Shown here: positions 48,498 to 50,421 of the stretch, piece by piece
Layout of the letters: each line of letters opens with the position of its first letter
Numbering within the stretch: position 1 is the first letter of the stretch
Source: Octopus bimaculoides
Lineage: Eukaryota
DNA: 50,421 bases
Assembly: GCF_001194135.2 (NCBI RefSeq)
Contig: NC_068995.1
Span: 36,177,311-36,227,731, forward strand
Direction of reading: 5' to 3'
Notes under the pieces: model-generated
The model's input: only the letters and a program-made list of their open reading frames with translations
Told to the model about the DNA's origin: nothing
Databases searched by the model: none
Translations under genes and position numbers: made by a program

Positions 48498-48995
48498 CAG
48501 TTGTTTTCAGCCAGGCTCCATATGGCCCTTGGGAGTCCATATAAAATTTTGTTGTTAAAAGATACAGAAATAAATTTATTTCTCAAACGCGTGATAATGC
48601 TATAAATAGCGTGATCAGGATAAATTATCCATATAATGCAGAAAAATACGTTGCCGGCCAGCCATGAGACTCGAATTCACATCTCTGTGATTTGGCTGGC
48701 CGGCAACGTATGTTTCTGCATTATATGGATAATTTATCTTGATCACGCTATTTATAGCATTATCACGCATTTGAGAAATAAATTTTTTTCTGTATCTTAC
48801 AATACATCACAACGCTTCTTAAAAAAAAAAAAAAAAACTTTGTTTAAAAGTTGAATTTGTTGTTAAAATTTGTGCGATACACAAAATATTTTAATTTTCT
48901 TATTTTTTTTATGTACATCAAATAGGGATGGAAATCCATCCAAGTAAAATAGGAATCAAAGGGATCCATAGTCAAAAAATAGTTGAGAGCCACTG
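48498..48995. mobile_element. hAT MITE with 8-bp TSD containing a long internal foldback
   Basis: TIRs CAGTTGTTTTCAGCC and AGTTGAGAGCCACTG. TSD CTTTAGCT/CTTTAGAT (7 of 8 match). Internal inverted repeat at 48559-48798. Confidence 0.75.
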
Positions 48996-50203
48996 CTTTA
49001 GATCAAAACTAACCATTTAAATCTTCAGAAATATTCTTTGTAAAATGAAAGCCAGTGATTCAAAATGTTTTATTTTTGAATAAACAACAAATTTGCTGAG
49101 GAAAAGAACATTTATAGTTGATAAAAGTAACAGAAAGAGATGTGTCTAATTGTTGGTTGTGCAGTTAGTTGGGAGATTAACTTATACAATTCCATCGTAA
49201 CCACATCATTGGATCTGTGCTACAGATTCTTACAGCCTGTACGCTTTCCTTTTATTCTTGTTTCAGTCAGTGGACTGTGCTTATGCTAGAACAATGCTTT
49301 GAAGGGTTTTTAAACCACTTAGTTTTTTAACATCCGTATTTATTTTATCAATCTTTAGTCGCACCACTAGGTTGTAGGTCATGGAAACACAGTACCCATA
49401 CTCAAGTGGGGTCAATGCAAAGACATACATGGAGAGATATACAACTCCTCCCTTTCTGCCAGGTCACCACCTTAATAATAATAATGGTGATAATAATAAT
49501 AATAATAATAATAATAATTTATACTGTACATAGTGGCAATAATTAGCAGAATCATTTGAGTGTCAGGCAAAATACCTTGCAGTAATTAGTTATAACTCTT
49601 AACATTTTGAGTTCAAACCCATCTCAAGTCAACCTAACCTGTAATGCTTGATAGAACAATGTACCAATCAAGTACTGGAATCAGTGTAATCAGCTAATCC
49701 TTGTTAGTCTGTTTTTGATTACACTCTACCTTTTTTGCACCCATTGATTACACAAGGTACATTGAATAGAATTTCTACTTCTTACTTTTCTGTATATCAA
49801 GCACAGCTATTTCTTTATTTACTTATATGTTGTACGTGTGTGTGTGTGTTTCTATATCTATCTCAATTTTTGTCTTTACATGGACACTACTTGAAAAACG
49901 GTAGGCTATGTTGCTGTTTCATATATATATTTATATATTTAATAGCATATAAACATTGGGTTGAAAAACCCTTTTGAATAGAAAAAATCAAAGACTATTG
50001 TCCCAATATTTACATGCCATTCATCATAGCTAGCTGTATGTAATGTACTTCAAGAACCAAGAGTTCTCTCAAGAGTTTATAAAATTCTCATGACATCTAT
50101 CTATCTCCCCTACCTTTGGGTAGCGCATTAAGGTTGAGAAATGTTTGCAGGTTGTAGGTAATGTTTTGCTTATGAATTCTTCCAATTGCAAGTTTTCTTT
50201 TCA

Positions 50204-50421
50204 GGTACACGACACTGCTTTTCCTCTTCCCAGGCTACAGGCCCACACCCCCAACACCCATACTGTTAGGATTGGCACTCTCAACGTCGGCACGCTGAAA
50301 GGTAGATCTGGTGAAATTGTTGAGATGCTTGAACGGAGATGCGTAGATATGTGCTGCATCCAGGAAGTAAGATGGAGAGGAGGTTCTGCAAGGTTCCTCA
50401 CAGGCAAAGAACACAGGTACA
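50204..50421 (+). mobile_element. RTE LINE 5' part, APE endonuclease N-terminus (runs off the window)
   Basis: HTVRIGTLNVGTLKGRSGEIVEMLERRCVDMCCIQEVRWRGGSARFLTGKEHRY, open with no stops. Confidence 0.9.

Noticed and set aside
47953-50421. Candidate sixth UBL7 exon
   Set aside because: AG acceptors near 48925, 49265, 49801 and 50204 give no UBL7-like peptide in the required phase. The next exon is probably beyond the window.

Overview
AT-rich, intron-rich and transposon-dense animal genomic DNA with about 10 N-gaps. The repeat families (tRNA/CORE-type SINEs, RTE LINEs with (GAT)n tails) suggest an octopus or related coleoid cephalopod; this is an inference. Three conserved spliced genes were rebuilt by hand, with GT-AG borders and continuous reading frames. 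They are COPE (+, 10 coding exons, 2672-14486, 300 aa), CLUAP1/IFT38 (-, 12 coding exons, 36014-18210, 428 aa) and the first five exons of UBL7 (+, from 40288, incomplete in this window). The rest is mobile-element debris: a Ty3/gypsy integrase with PPT and LTR, a solo LTR, RTE, CR1 and RLE-type LINE fragments, Tc1/mariner, hAT, piggyBac and Helitron relics, many SINEs, two tRNA pseudogenes and microsatellites. The most unusual object is a ~510-bp palindromic element in COPE intron 1, flanked by a target-site duplication. It has two back-to-back tRNA-like Pol III heads, and each arm carries a minimal Penelope-type hammerhead ribozyme. No CRISPR, rRNA or prokaryotic features are present.
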